From Candidatus Nomurabacteria bacterium GW2011_GWC2_42_20 (GTDB lineage: Bacteria > Patescibacteriota > Minisyncoccia > Phycocordibacterales > UBA1550): a stretch of 64,000 nt of DNA. The stretch covers positions 1,619-65,618 of the forward strand of contig LCDG01000003.1 of NCBI GenBank assembly GCA_000998425.1. The letters run 5' to 3'. The position numbers were made by a program, and so were the translations under genes. The notes under the pieces were generated by a model. That model saw nothing but the letters and a program-made list of their open reading frames with translations. It was not told where the DNA came from and made no database searches. Below, in pieces: positions 20,123 to 31,474 of this stretch (its first letter is position 1; each line of letters opens with the position of its first letter).

Positions 20123-20248
20123 GGTAATTAAAAACTTTAGTATACCAGATTTTTTAAAATATGGCAATGGTATTGCTCACCATTTTCTTGTATGGTACCC
20201 TTTTAGCAGTACAAGGTTTCCCCTTGATGTACAAAATGGGAGGTTAAA

Positions 20249-20776
20249 ATGAAACAATATCTTATTGGCATCCTCATTCTTGCTTTACCTATTTACGGGT
20301 ACGCGGAAGGATATTTACCAAATAGTGTCAAAATTGGGATTATTGATTCTCTTGAGGCTGAATCGCTTGAAAAGGAACAAAGAATCACAAACAGTTCAGA
20401 AGGAGTGAATTCATCAATAATTAAGACTGATTTTTACACAAAGAACCATCGCGAATACGCCGACATGCGCGCGCGACGAGAAATGCTGTTATCTGCGATA
20501 CAATTATCCGTAACGAAAAAGATTTCTGTTGATGACGAGCTTGATGTTTTTGGGAGAGTTGGTGTTTATAATTATCAAATTGAAGCACTCGCAAGGAGGC
20601 ATTCATCCCGAAACAATTTGAGCTTTCCCTGGGGTAGTGTCGGTAGAGAAACGGCACCAATAGCAAGCATTGGTATCGAAGCAAAGCCATTTCAGCATTT
20701 TTCATTTCGTGCCGAGTACCAAAGAGCTGGATCGGCGACTTCAAGTTCACTTTCTGTTCTTTATAAGTTCGAGTAA
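20249..20776 (+). CDS. Signal-peptide protein resembling a small outer-membrane beta-barrel (OmpA-TM-like)
   Basis: Signal peptide; alternating strands DVFGRVGVYNY, ASIGIEAK, FSFRAEYQR, C-term LSVLYKF; own promoter, GGGAGG SD, terminator 20798-20830. Confidence 0.55.
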   Translation: MKQYLIGILILALPIYGYAEGYLPNSVKIGIIDSLEAESLEKEQRITNSSEGVNSSIIKTDFYTKNHREYADMRARREMLLSAIQLSVTKKISVDDELDVFGRVGVYNYQIEALARRHSSRNNLSFPWGSVGRETAPIASIGIEAKPFQHFSFRAEYQRAGSATSSSLSVLYKFE

Positions 20777-20832
20777 TGCAGGCGTGTAGCATAATTTAAT
20801 AACTGCCACTGTGGACCAGTGACAGTTATTTT

Positions 20833-22848
20833 TTACTCCAATATTTGCTTCCTAAGTAGCGCGAGTTCATCTCTTAGAATTGCTGCTGTTTCAAAGTCGA
20901 GTTCTTTCACAGCCTTGGACATCTCCTTCTCTTTAAGCTTTATTAGTTTTTGAGGATTTTTTGCAAAGATCTGCGCATCAATATCTAGATTTAATTTTAC
21001 AGCCTTCATGTGATCGGTCTCTAGATGCTCTGTAATATCTTTGATTTGCTTGATAATAGTTTTTGGGGTAATACCGTGCTCCTTGTTGTACGCAATCTGA
21101 ATAGCGCGCCGACGATTTGTTTCCGAAACTGCGCGCTCAATAGAGCCTGTTATTTTTTCAGCGTAAAGAATTACTCGCCCATGAACGTTACGAGCAGCAC
21201 GACCAATAGTTTGTATGAGTGCAGTATCAGAACGCAGGAAGCCTTCTTTATCGGCGTCTAGTATGCCGATAAGGGTGACTTCAGGCAAATCGAGCCCTTC
21301 ACGGAGCAAGTTCACTCCCACGAGACAGTCGAATGCCCCCTTGCGAAACCCAGTTAAAATTTGAATACGTTCGAGTGTTTTAATGTCACTATGCACATAC
21401 TCAGCCTTAATCCCCTCTCCCTTTAAATATTCGGAAAGGTCTTCCGCCATTTTTTTTGTGAGAGTAGTGGCAATAACCCGACCGCCTTTCTTGACCGCAG
21501 TTTTTGTTTCAGTAATAAAGTCTTGAATTTGCCCGGGGTATTTTCCTTTTTCTAAAATAGGACGAATTGAGATTTCTGGATCAATGAGCCCAGTTGGACG
21601 GATGACCTGCTCAACTACCTGCTCGCTGTTCTCCTTTTCGTAAACAGATGGTGTTGCTGATGTAAAAATCATTTGCCCTACGCGCTCATGAAATTCCTCT
21701 GAACGAAGCGGGCGGTTATCCATCGCAGATGGCAATCGAAAACCAAATTCTACAAGAGTTTTCTTGCGCGACTGATCGCCAGCATACATTCCACCGATTT
21801 GCGGAATCGTTACGTGTGATTCATCTATAATAGTGAGAAAATCAGGCTTTCCGTCTTTTGTGCGTGGGAAATATGAGAGGAGAGTGTCGGGGGCAGAACC
21901 TTCGGTACGCCCCGACATATGACGCGAGTAATTTTCAATGCCGTTGCAATATCCAACCTCACGTATCATTGCAAGGTCGTATGTGGTGCGACGCTTCAAT
22001 CGTTCTGCTTCCAAAGGCTTCCCTTCTTTTTCAAACTTTTTAAGTTGAGCGTCTAGTTCTGCTTTTATTTTTTTAATAGCGCGTGTTTTTTCTGCCTCAT
22101 TAGTAATAAAATGTTTAGCTGGAAAAATAAAAATAGAAATGGGGGTGTCTACAATTTTTTGAGACACTGGGTCAACCTTGTTAATTGATTCAATACCTTG
22201 AGCGTTGAGTGTGATACCCCATACTATTTTTTCAGAAACTGGCATTATTTCAATAAGTGTCCCAATAGAGCGAAACGTTCCGGGGGTAAGGTCAGCATTC
22301 GTGCGAGTAAAGTGAATGTTGATGAGCTTCATCATTAACGACTTGCGGTCAATTTTCTGTGCGGTAAAAAGCTTCATATTTTCTTTTTCGTATTCCGCAG
22401 GACTTCCTAAGCCATAAATACAAGAAACAGACGCAACGATAATCACGTCCTTTCGCGTGAGGAGCGCCTGAGTGGATGCGTGACGAAGCCTATCAATTTC
22501 TTCATTAATCTGCGCGTCCTTTTCAATATACGTATCTGTCGTTGGCATATACGCCTCTGGTTGGTAGTAGTCATAGTACGAAACAAAATAGTGTACCGCA
22601 TTGTCTGGGAAAAATTCTTTGTACTCCTGCGCTAGCTGAGCAGCGAGAGTTTTGTTGTGCGCAATAACGAGCGTGGGCTTGCCGACAGAAGCTATGACGT
22701 TCGCCATCGTGAAGGTCTTCCCAGAACCTGTAACCCCAAGCAATGTCTGCGCGCGCATCCCCTTTTTAATGCCATCCAAAAGCTCCTTAATCGCCTTTGG
22801 TTGGTCGCCTGCCGGTGGCCAGTCGGATTTTAGATTAAACATGGTCAT
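20833..22848 (-). CDS. uvrB: Excinuclease ABC subunit B
   Basis: PAGDQP, LLGVTGSGKT, FVSYYDYYQPEAY, NLLREGLDLPEV, GRAARN. Confidence 0.97.
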   Translation of the reverse strand: MTMFNLKSDWPPAGDQPKAIKELLDGIKKGMRAQTLLGVTGSGKTFTMANVIASVGKPTLVIAHNKTLAAQLAQEYKEFFPDNAVHYFVSYYDYYQPEAYMPTTDTYIEKDAQINEEIDRLRHASTQALLTRKDVIIVASVSCIYGLGSPAEYEKENMKLFTAQKIDRKSLMMKLINIHFTRTNADLTPGTFRSIGTLIEIMPVSEKIVWGITLNAQGIESINKVDPVSQKIVDTPISIFIFPAKHFITNEAEKTRAIKKIKAELDAQLKKFEKEGKPLEAERLKRRTTYDLAMIREVGYCNGIENYSRHMSGRTEGSAPDTLLSYFPRTKDGKPDFLTIIDESHVTIPQIGGMYAGDQSRKKTLVEFGFRLPSAMDNRPLRSEEFHERVGQMIFTSATPSVYEKENSEQVVEQVIRPTGLIDPEISIRPILEKGKYPGQIQDFITETKTAVKKGGRVIATTLTKKMAEDLSEYLKGEGIKAEYVHSDIKTLERIQILTGFRKGAFDCLVGVNLLREGLDLPEVTLIGILDADKEGFLRSDTALIQTIGRAARNVHGRVILYAEKITGSIERAVSETNRRRAIQIAYNKEHGITPKTIIKQIKDITEHLETDHMKAVKLNLDIDAQIFAKNPQKLIKLKEKEMSKAVKELDFETAAILRDELALLRKQILE

Positions 22849-24108
<1,260 letters not shown>

Positions 24109-24155
24109 TTAAACAAGGAAAGTTCCTAAACAATACAAAGAGAAAGGAAGTAATT

Positions 24156-24683
24156 ATGCACTCAATCAGCATTATTACAGCAATGACAAACGATAAGCGA
24201 GTCATTGGGAATAAAGGCGAAATGCCATGGGGACGCATGCTAAGAGACCTTGAGTATTTCAAGAAGCTCACAATGGGGTTTCCTGTCGTTGTTGGCTACA
24301 ATACACTGGTATCAATCAGTGAAATGTCAAGACGTAGCACGAACCTGCTTCCAGGTCGCACGCTGTGTGTTTTAACTCGCGACCAAAACAAATTGACGAG
24401 GTTCACTGATTGCATCTGGCTTCCAGATGTTATGTCTGTGATAAATTTAAGTCAAAGGATACGTGTGTTCATTGCTGGGGGAGAAAATGTTTACCGCCAA
24501 TTTATTGACCTCCCAGAAGTACGTACAATCTACATGACAAGAATCATTGCCAATTACCATGGGGATACTTTTTTCCCAAACTATTCCGCAGATGATTGGC
24601 TGACCATACAGCGAGAAAACCACGCTGTTAGCGAAAAAAACAAACATCCTCTCATTTTTGAAACCTTGATTCGCAGAAAATAA
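24156..24683 (+). CDS. folA: Dihydrofolate reductase (divergent)
   Basis: VIG..G.MPW, D..YFK.LT, LLPGR, IAGGE.VY, GDTFFP; start at ATG 24156 after AAGGA SD. Confidence 0.88.
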   Translation: MHSISIITAMTNDKRVIGNKGEMPWGRMLRDLEYFKKLTMGFPVVVGYNTLVSISEMSRRSTNLLPGRTLCVLTRDQNKLTRFTDCIWLPDVMSVINLSQRIRVFIAGGENVYRQFIDLPEVRTIYMTRIIANYHGDTFFPNYSADDWLTIQRENHAVSEKNKHPLIFETLIRRK

Positions 24684-24699
24684 CAATCAGCTCACTAAC

Positions 24700-24725
24700 A
24701 AAGCCCTACTTGCGTAGGGCTTTTT
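24700..24725. terminator. Bidirectional terminator
   Basis: AAAGCCCTAC-TTGC-GTAGGGCTTT. Confidence 0.8.
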
Positions 24726-24739
24726 ATCTATACAAAAAG

Positions 24740-25879
24740 TTAATCATATATAACTCTTTTAACAACATCCACCAAGCCTTTATCAAACTGGGCTGGAAGA
24801 ACTTGATCTGGTTTTGGATCGGCTACATACCTAGAAAGCGCTTCTGCTGCGCTAATAAACATTTCTTCATTAAATTGCTTAATTCTGTTATCGAGAGCAC
24901 CACGAAAAATCCCAGGAAATGCAAGTGAGTTATTAATTTGATTTGGGAAATCTGATCTGCCAGTAGCAACTACAAATGCTCCAGCTTCTTTGGCAACATC
25001 AGGCATGATTTCTGGGATTGGGTTTGCAAGAGCAAAAATAATTGGCTTCTCTGCCATCGTGCGGACCATCTCTGCGGTCAAAAGTCCCGGCTTTGAAACA
25101 CCAATAAAAATATCTGCTCCGTGTAGCACTTCAGCAAGTGTGCCAGTTTTTTTATCACGATTTGTAACTCGCGCAAGTGCCTGCTTTTCCTCATTTAACC
25201 CTTCTCGTCCATCGTATATTGCACCCTGTGTATCACAAACAATAAAATGCTTGAACCCATATGCTAAAAGAATTTTTGTAATCGCGGTTCCAGCTGCACC
25301 TGCTCCGCTCATTACGACCTTCGCGTCTTCCTTTTCAGTGCCACGAAGTTTTAGCGAATTTATAAGACCTGCAAGGACCACCGTTGCCGTGCCATGTTGA
25401 TCGTCGTGCATCACCGGGATAGGTAGCTCTGCGCGTAATCTCTCCTCTATTTCAAAACAACGTGGAGCTGAAATATCCTCCAGATTAATCCCGCCAAACA
25501 CCGGCGCAATATTTTTTACAAGAGCAATAATTTCCTCCACATCCTGAGTGTTCACGCAAATAGGAAATGCATCGATTCCGGCAAACTCTTTAAAAATCGC
25601 GGCTTTCCCTTCCATCACTGGTATCGCAGCATGAGCACCAAGGTTGCCAAGTCCAAGTATTGCAGAACCATCAGAAACTATAGCTATCGTGTTTCCTTTA
25701 ATTGTGTACTCGTATGCAAGCTCTACGTCACGTCCTATCTCGCGTGAGACCTCTGCAACTCCTGGCGTATATGCAAGCGAAAGCTCCGCTCTATTTGTAA
25801 GAGGAACCTTGCTTATAACCTCAATTTTACCGCGATGCTCCTTGTGAAGCTCGAGTGATTGTTTATATACATCATCCAT
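24740..25879 (-). CDS. NAD(P)-dependent malic enzyme
   Basis: LSLAYTPGVA, PVMEGKA, GGINLEDISAPRCF, HDDQHGTA, ATGRSDFPNQINN. Confidence 0.95.
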   Translation of the reverse strand: MDDVYKQSLELHKEHRGKIEVISKVPLTNRAELSLAYTPGVAEVSREIGRDVELAYEYTIKGNTIAIVSDGSAILGLGNLGAHAAIPVMEGKAAIFKEFAGIDAFPICVNTQDVEEIIALVKNIAPVFGGINLEDISAPRCFEIEERLRAELPIPVMHDDQHGTATVVLAGLINSLKLRGTEKEDAKVVMSGAGAAGTAITKILLAYGFKHFIVCDTQGAIYDGREGLNEEKQALARVTNRDKKTGTLAEVLHGADIFIGVSKPGLLTAEMVRTMAEKPIIFALANPIPEIMPDVAKEAGAFVVATGRSDFPNQINNSLAFPGIFRGALDNRIKQFNEEMFISAAEALSRYVADPKPDQVLPAQFDKGLVDVVKRVIYD

Positions 25880-25880
25880 A

Positions 25881-26729
25881 TTAGTAACGCATTCTTGCGT
25901 ATGCTAGTGAACCATATAATCCTCCAAAATCGCCAAGTTCAGCCTTTTCTATGCGTGGCGCCCTCGGAAAGATTTTTAAAATTTCAGCGAGATGCTTGCG
26001 AACTGCAGAGATAGGAATACCAACTTCGTTCATCATTGAGCCTCCTATCACTACTATATCTGGTGACCAGTGCACAATTGTATTATTAAGCCCGTACGCA
26101 AGGAATTTTGCAAGCTCGTCCCACACGGCATCATCATGAATCTCGTACGGTTTCATCCCAAAACGTTTTTCAACTGCTGTTCCCGACACATACGCCTCCA
26201 AATCATTCCCTTCACACGTTGGACAAAGAGAATTGTCTGGATCAATAATCTGATGTCCAGGCTCAAACCCAAGCGACGACCTATCGATCTTCCCATTAAT
26301 AACACGCACACCGCCAACACCTGTACTCACCGTAATATACGCAACAATAGATTCACCTCGCCCAGCCCCAAAATGAGCCTCGCCTAAGCCAACTAGCGCT
26401 GCATCGTTTTCTATCTCAACTGGGACCTTGTAAGATTCATGGAGGGTATTTTTAATGTCATGGCCCACCCAGCCACCCAAATTCGGACTTTTTACAAGCA
26501 TTGTTTGCTCCGTGTTTAGTGGTCCAGCGATGCCACCAACTATTGCGGTTACTGAACGATTTTGATCCGCAAGCTCCTGTGCTATATTATCAATAACACG
26601 CTTGAGTGTGTCTATACCTTCACCAAAGTCCTTTGGTGTTGAAACTACGATAGGATTACCAAGAAATTTCTCACGATCTGCTGCGACAACACGCATCTTT
26701 GTTCCGCCTATATCAAAAAGTATGTACAT
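25881..26729 (-). CDS. ROK family sugar kinase
   Basis: FDIGGTK, ENDA, ITVSTGVGG, EPGH. Confidence 0.9.
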   Translation of the reverse strand: MYILFDIGGTKMRVVAADREKFLGNPIVVSTPKDFGEGIDTLKRVIDNIAQELADQNRSVTAIVGGIAGPLNTEQTMLVKSPNLGGWVGHDIKNTLHESYKVPVEIENDAALVGLGEAHFGAGRGESIVAYITVSTGVGGVRVINGKIDRSSLGFEPGHQIIDPDNSLCPTCEGNDLEAYVSGTAVEKRFGMKPYEIHDDAVWDELAKFLAYGLNNTIVHWSPDIVVIGGSMMNEVGIPISAVRKHLAEILKIFPRAPRIEKAELGDFGGLYGSLAYARMRY

Positions 26730-26772
26730 ATGCTCACATTCTAGCAGGCCAGCGAGAAAATGTAAAAAACAC

Positions 26773-28767
26773 CTAATCCTCCTTATAAAGCGGGTTGCAC
26801 TTCAAACAAATACCAAGCTCTTCTAATTTATCCAGATATTTTACAACTGTCATAACATACTCGGAATGACTCCACGTAAGAGGTGTTGCGGAAAGCGGTT
26901 CTCCGTTGTATGGATGCAATTGTTCTGAAAAAATTCCAGACTCTGTCGTATGTTTTACTGCCCACGAAAGCCATTGATGTACTGGCGCAAAATCCGATTC
27001 CTTTTTAGCGCGCGCAATATGGTACTGAGCAAGCCAGAGAGTGGTGATAATCCATGGATTCCCTGGGACTCCTACTACATCGCGAAAATAAACGTCACCT
27101 TCGTATCGCGCGACTCCTCCAACATTAGTTTTAACAACAATGCGGTCTTCGATCTGTTTTATTGCGCGAGAAAGACGAGGATCATCTATATCTAGAACGC
27201 CGAAAGCAAAAATACCATAAACGCTCGACATATCAAGTGTGCGGTCGTATGAAATAGTGCCATCATCAGCAACATTGATCATCTTTACAAAAATTCCAGA
27301 CTCTTCTTCGTATAAAAAGTTTAATATTGATTGACGAATTTCAAACGCGGCAGTGGTATATATATGCTCACTCTTTTCTTTTCCCAAAAGTTTTGCGAAT
27401 TTCGCCGCACACATCAAGGCCTCATACACAGCTGCGGACGTGAATGTATGTATCCCAAATTTTTCTTCCCATAGATCGTATGATGCTTTCGGAAGACGTG
27501 TTGTTGGATCGCGATACTCAACCATAAAGTCCGCTGCTCTTTTTACAAGGCTATTGTAAACCTTCTCAATAAATTCCAAATCCCTGGATTGTATATAGTG
27601 ATGCCAAAGTGCAATAAGAACAAGTGCTGTTTCGTCTTCTTGAATTGGAAGCTCTATTTTCCCATTTTTCATCCATGGATGCCACGAACTACCGAGGGAT
27701 TCATCTGGACGATATTTATGCATAAAATACCCATCATCTGTAATGACATGTTCGCAAAAATCAAAAAATCTTTCCGCAACATTAAAATCACCCGCCATAT
27801 CAAATGCCATAGCAGAAAATGCTCCATCGCGTGGCCACATATAGCTATATGTATCACGGCCGTTTTGCAGCATGTCTGAATCTGCAGACGCAATAATAGC
27901 TCCGTTGTTGTCTGCGTGAGTGCGTATAGCAAGAAGCGATCTTTTAAACAGCGCTATCTCGTCTTGTGTAAGCCCGTAAAATGTAAAATTATATTTATTT
28001 ACCCATGCGTGCCAATAATCACGAGTTGTTCTCATCAAATGCCCGGGGTTCCTCTCAAGAGTATATTTATTTAACTCAAGCGCCTCCTTAATAGATTCAG
28101 CCGCAACTACCCAATAATGAATTATTTTCGATTCATGTGGAGGAATGTCCAAATAAAATCCCATAACGGAGTCAGATGGTCCATGCTCTATAAGGTTTTT
28201 TGCAAGAATCCCATCCTCTGCATCCTTAAAACTTCCTTCCTTCCCTTCAATCTTGAATATTCCGGCTGTATAGTCGTCAAAACCACCATTAGATGACTGT
28301 CCATTAATTAAGAAAACTCTTTTCCCGTTATAATGAACAATCACATGATTTATTGGGTCAAAATATGAAGTATCCCCGCGGTGTGATTCGTATATTTCAA
28401 ATTCGTGCCCAAAGAATAGCCTGACTGAACGCTCTCTGTCGGAATCATTTGTAACCTTTACCTCACGCAGAAAAATATTTTTTTCATTGTATACTGTGTC
28501 AGATAAATTTAGAGTGACACCAAGCGTACTGTTTTTTGCGACTGTCTCACCAAGCAGTGACTGGTCTGATGAGTGAATTTGTATGTCCCAATTTGGATTA
28601 TCGAACCAATTGAGCTGATAATCAACAAACACTCCTACGCGATGTGTATAGTGTCCCCCAATATGATTTTCAAGACCTACATATGGGAAATAGAAGTCTC
28701 GCACTTGTGCGCGCTTGTCCATGCATACAAGAATATTTCCATTACCAAGTGAAAGGGACTTTGACAT
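26773..28767 (-). CDS. Glycoside hydrolase family 15 (glucoamylase-like)
   Basis: GAIIAS, YSYMWPRDG, IQEDET, DLWEE, SEQ....G.PLSATPLTWSH. Confidence 0.9.
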   Translation of the reverse strand: MSKSLSLGNGNILVCMDKRAQVRDFYFPYVGLENHIGGHYTHRVGVFVDYQLNWFDNPNWDIQIHSSDQSLLGETVAKNSTLGVTLNLSDTVYNEKNIFLREVKVTNDSDRERSVRLFFGHEFEIYESHRGDTSYFDPINHVIVHYNGKRVFLINGQSSNGGFDDYTAGIFKIEGKEGSFKDAEDGILAKNLIEHGPSDSVMGFYLDIPPHESKIIHYWVVAAESIKEALELNKYTLERNPGHLMRTTRDYWHAWVNKYNFTFYGLTQDEIALFKRSLLAIRTHADNNGAIIASADSDMLQNGRDTYSYMWPRDGAFSAMAFDMAGDFNVAERFFDFCEHVITDDGYFMHKYRPDESLGSSWHPWMKNGKIELPIQEDETALVLIALWHHYIQSRDLEFIEKVYNSLVKRAADFMVEYRDPTTRLPKASYDLWEEKFGIHTFTSAAVYEALMCAAKFAKLLGKEKSEHIYTTAAFEIRQSILNFLYEEESGIFVKMINVADDGTISYDRTLDMSSVYGIFAFGVLDIDDPRLSRAIKQIEDRIVVKTNVGGVARYEGDVYFRDVVGVPGNPWIITTLWLAQYHIARAKKESDFAPVHQWLSWAVKHTTESGIFSEQLHPYNGEPLSATPLTWSHSEYVMTVVKYLDKLEELGICLKCNPLYKED

Positions 28768-28829
28768 ACATAAAGTATACTAGAATCTGTCGTAAAAACA
28801 ATCCAAAACCGCTGTGACACTGTTGAAAA

Positions 28830-30065
28830 CTATGACAACTCTTTTACTTTTATCTTTTTTGCATGCATTGGATGCCCTACAATGCGCAAGCGTAAATCTT
28901 GGAGTGCGTTCATGTACGCGATGAATGCTTCGTAAGGTGTATTGTATGGATTAAAATATTTATGCACATCGCCATCATTGAACCACTTGGTGCACATATA
29001 GTAGAAATGATCAGATGTTTGCAGTTTCCGCCAATCGCTGATGAGCTTGTCATCGTTGGTAGCAAGCACATCTTCTTCAAGCTTGTAAATGCTCTGAATT
29101 GCATCGTGCTGCATTGGGTTTGAGAGCCACGCTGAAAGATCCCGCTCCACATCGGCCCATGACATATAGTTGTGCACATCAAGCTCTGATACTGGCTCAT
29201 ACCGCGCAATTGCCTCGCTTGGTGTTATAAAGTCGTTGTCTGGGTGTTTATAGATCTCCTCAGGCAAATGACGAAGGAAATTAAAGATACCTGTGTCCTC
29301 CCACTGATGCTCTCCAAATGTCTCATAATCCATAAATAGATTAATGACGTGCCCATTCCCATTTACTTGTGACGCCCATTGAGCAAACTTTGGCGCTGTT
29401 AGAGGAAAATCAGCCCACTCTTTTGATGAAAATCGAAAAGCAATATCATCTGAAAGGCGATAATTTTTGAGCAGGAGCTTCAGGTTTTGTGCCCCTTGAG
29501 GGCGATATAAAAAATTTGGACTCTTCCATCCAAGTACGTGGTCTGCCCCTTCTGCTATGATCCCCTTGTACCCCATTTTTTCTACCTCATGCGCAAGCGC
29601 ATTATTATAAATAAGCTCGGTATTGCGAAATACTGTCGGCGTAACACCAAAAAGCTCCTCGATTTTATCACGGTGCATTTTTACCTGACGACGAAACTCT
29701 TCTGGCGAATACAGAAATGATAGCGAATGATAGTACGTTTCCTCGAGCACCTCTACACGTCCTGTGTCAATAAGCTTCTTAAAAGACTCAAGTGTCTCTG
29801 GATTAAACTCCTGAAGCTGATCAAGAAATACCCCCGAAAAAGAGAAGCTGATTTTGAATTCTGGATGCTTATTTAAAAGCTCAAGCATAACCGCATTTGC
29901 TGGCAGATAGCACTTCCCTGCTACTTTGTTGAGGATCTTTTTATTGTTGATTGAGCGATCTGAATCGTCATTAAAATACTCGCTATCTTTCCCAATATCA
30001 AATACGCGATAATCCTTTACTCGAAACGGTTGGTGAACTTGAAAATAAAAGCAGATTGACGCCAT
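28830..30065 (-). CDS. Glycoside hydrolase family 57 (alpha-amylase-like)
   Basis: FQVHQP, ETYYHS, FRNTELIY, MDYETFGEHQW, LQTSDHFYYM. Confidence 0.93.
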   Translation of the reverse strand: MASICFYFQVHQPFRVKDYRVFDIGKDSEYFNDDSDRSINNKKILNKVAGKCYLPANAVMLELLNKHPEFKISFSFSGVFLDQLQEFNPETLESFKKLIDTGRVEVLEETYYHSLSFLYSPEEFRRQVKMHRDKIEELFGVTPTVFRNTELIYNNALAHEVEKMGYKGIIAEGADHVLGWKSPNFLYRPQGAQNLKLLLKNYRLSDDIAFRFSSKEWADFPLTAPKFAQWASQVNGNGHVINLFMDYETFGEHQWEDTGIFNFLRHLPEEIYKHPDNDFITPSEAIARYEPVSELDVHNYMSWADVERDLSAWLSNPMQHDAIQSIYKLEEDVLATNDDKLISDWRKLQTSDHFYYMCTKWFNDGDVHKYFNPYNTPYEAFIAYMNALQDLRLRIVGHPMHAKKIKVKELS

Positions 30066-30090
30066 AGATTACTAGTATATCAGATTATGA

Positions 30091-31323
30091 TTAGATATAG
30101 CGAGTTTCCGATGTTGCCCCGCTTTCGCAAATAACTTTTTCATAATAATCGATGCATTTACGACTTGCGGCGTCCCATGTAACTTTTCTCACTTCCTCAC
30201 GACTGTTCCCCCAAAGAGTTTGCCAGAGCGAACGGTGCGACACAACACCGAGAATTTTGTTTGCCATATCTTCAGTATCCCAGAAATCTGTTTTGAGTGC
30301 ATGAGTGAGCACCTCGGACACGCCAGATTGTTTTGAAATAAGAACTGGTGCGCCGGCAATGATGGATTCTAGTGGAGTAATACCAAATGGTTCTGAAACT
30401 GATGGCATCACAAATAAATCCGCTGCGCGATACACAGCATTCAGATCATCACCACGTAGAAATCCAACAAACACGACATGGTCAGAAATACCGAGGGATG
30501 CAGCCTCAAGCATCATTTGCCTTTCCATATCACCACTCCCAGCCACAAGGAAAAGCACATTTGGATTTACATCAAGCACCCGCTTTGCAGCGCGAATAAA
30601 ATATTCTGGGCCTTTCTGGATAGTGATACGCCCTGCATACAGCACAATTTTTTGCCCAGCTTTTTTAAGATCTGAAAGTTTGTCTGGTATATTTGCGTAA
30701 TCACATTCATCGATACCATTGTGAACCACCTCGATCTTATGTTCTGGGATCCCATAATGCTCGACTATTTTTTGTTTTGTAAAATTTGATACAGCAATAA
30801 TCCCGTCGGCGTATTGCATGCTCTCACGTTCAATTTTGTAAACATCCTGATTTACCCCTTGTCCGCCAGTACGATCAAACTCTGTAGCATGCATATGAAG
30901 AATGAGCGGTTTCCCAGAGATTTTTTTTGCCTCGACACCAGCAAGAAAAGAAAGCCAGTCGTGCGCATGAATTACGTCAAAATGTTCTTTTTTTGCTATG
31001 TCGCGTGCGCGCAGGGCATAGCGACGCACCTCCTGCATGAGAGTATTACCATAAATATCTGAGATTATTTTATCTCGTTCGTAAATATATCCCTCAGATG
31101 TAACGTACGGTTTGAGTGGTGTCTCGATTTCCAAAAACTTTACCTTTCGTGTATCGGCAAAAAGAATGCTCATAAAGTCTGCTGACACACCAACTTTTTT
31201 GGGAAGGATAAAAAGTACATCAATTTTTCGTGAAGACAGAGCGCGTGTAAGTCCAAAACACGCTGTGCCTAGACCACCGCTGTTATGAGGAGGAAATTCC
31301 CATCCGAACATTAGTACGCGCAT
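30091..31323 (-). CDS. GT4 glycosyltransferase (glycogen-synthase-like)
   Basis: WEFPP..SGGLG, HAHDW, GRI..QKG, PSVSEPFGI. Confidence 0.92.
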   Translation of the reverse strand: MRVLMFGWEFPPHNSGGLGTACFGLTRALSSRKIDVLFILPKKVGVSADFMSILFADTRKVKFLEIETPLKPYVTSEGYIYERDKIISDIYGNTLMQEVRRYALRARDIAKKEHFDVIHAHDWLSFLAGVEAKKISGKPLILHMHATEFDRTGGQGVNQDVYKIERESMQYADGIIAVSNFTKQKIVEHYGIPEHKIEVVHNGIDECDYANIPDKLSDLKKAGQKIVLYAGRITIQKGPEYFIRAAKRVLDVNPNVLFLVAGSGDMERQMMLEAASLGISDHVVFVGFLRGDDLNAVYRAADLFVMPSVSEPFGITPLESIIAGAPVLISKQSGVSEVLTHALKTDFWDTEDMANKILGVVSHRSLWQTLWGNSREEVRKVTWDAASRKCIDYYEKVICESGATSETRYI

Positions 31324-31386
31324 ATATTTTTAAAAAGCTTGAGCTCATTGTAACACGTGTAAATAAAAAATGTGTAAAAAATATAA

Positions 31387-31395
31387 TGTGGATAA
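31387..31395 (-). promoter_or_regulatory. Consensus DnaA box
   Basis: TGTGGATAA, the reverse complement of TTATCCACA, in an AT-rich divergent intergenic region. Confidence 0.5.
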
Positions 31396-31474
31396 CTTAT
31401 TCAATGTGCTAATTCTTACCACTACGACAAAACTTGATTTTTATATTAAATTGTGATATAATTGCACTTATATT

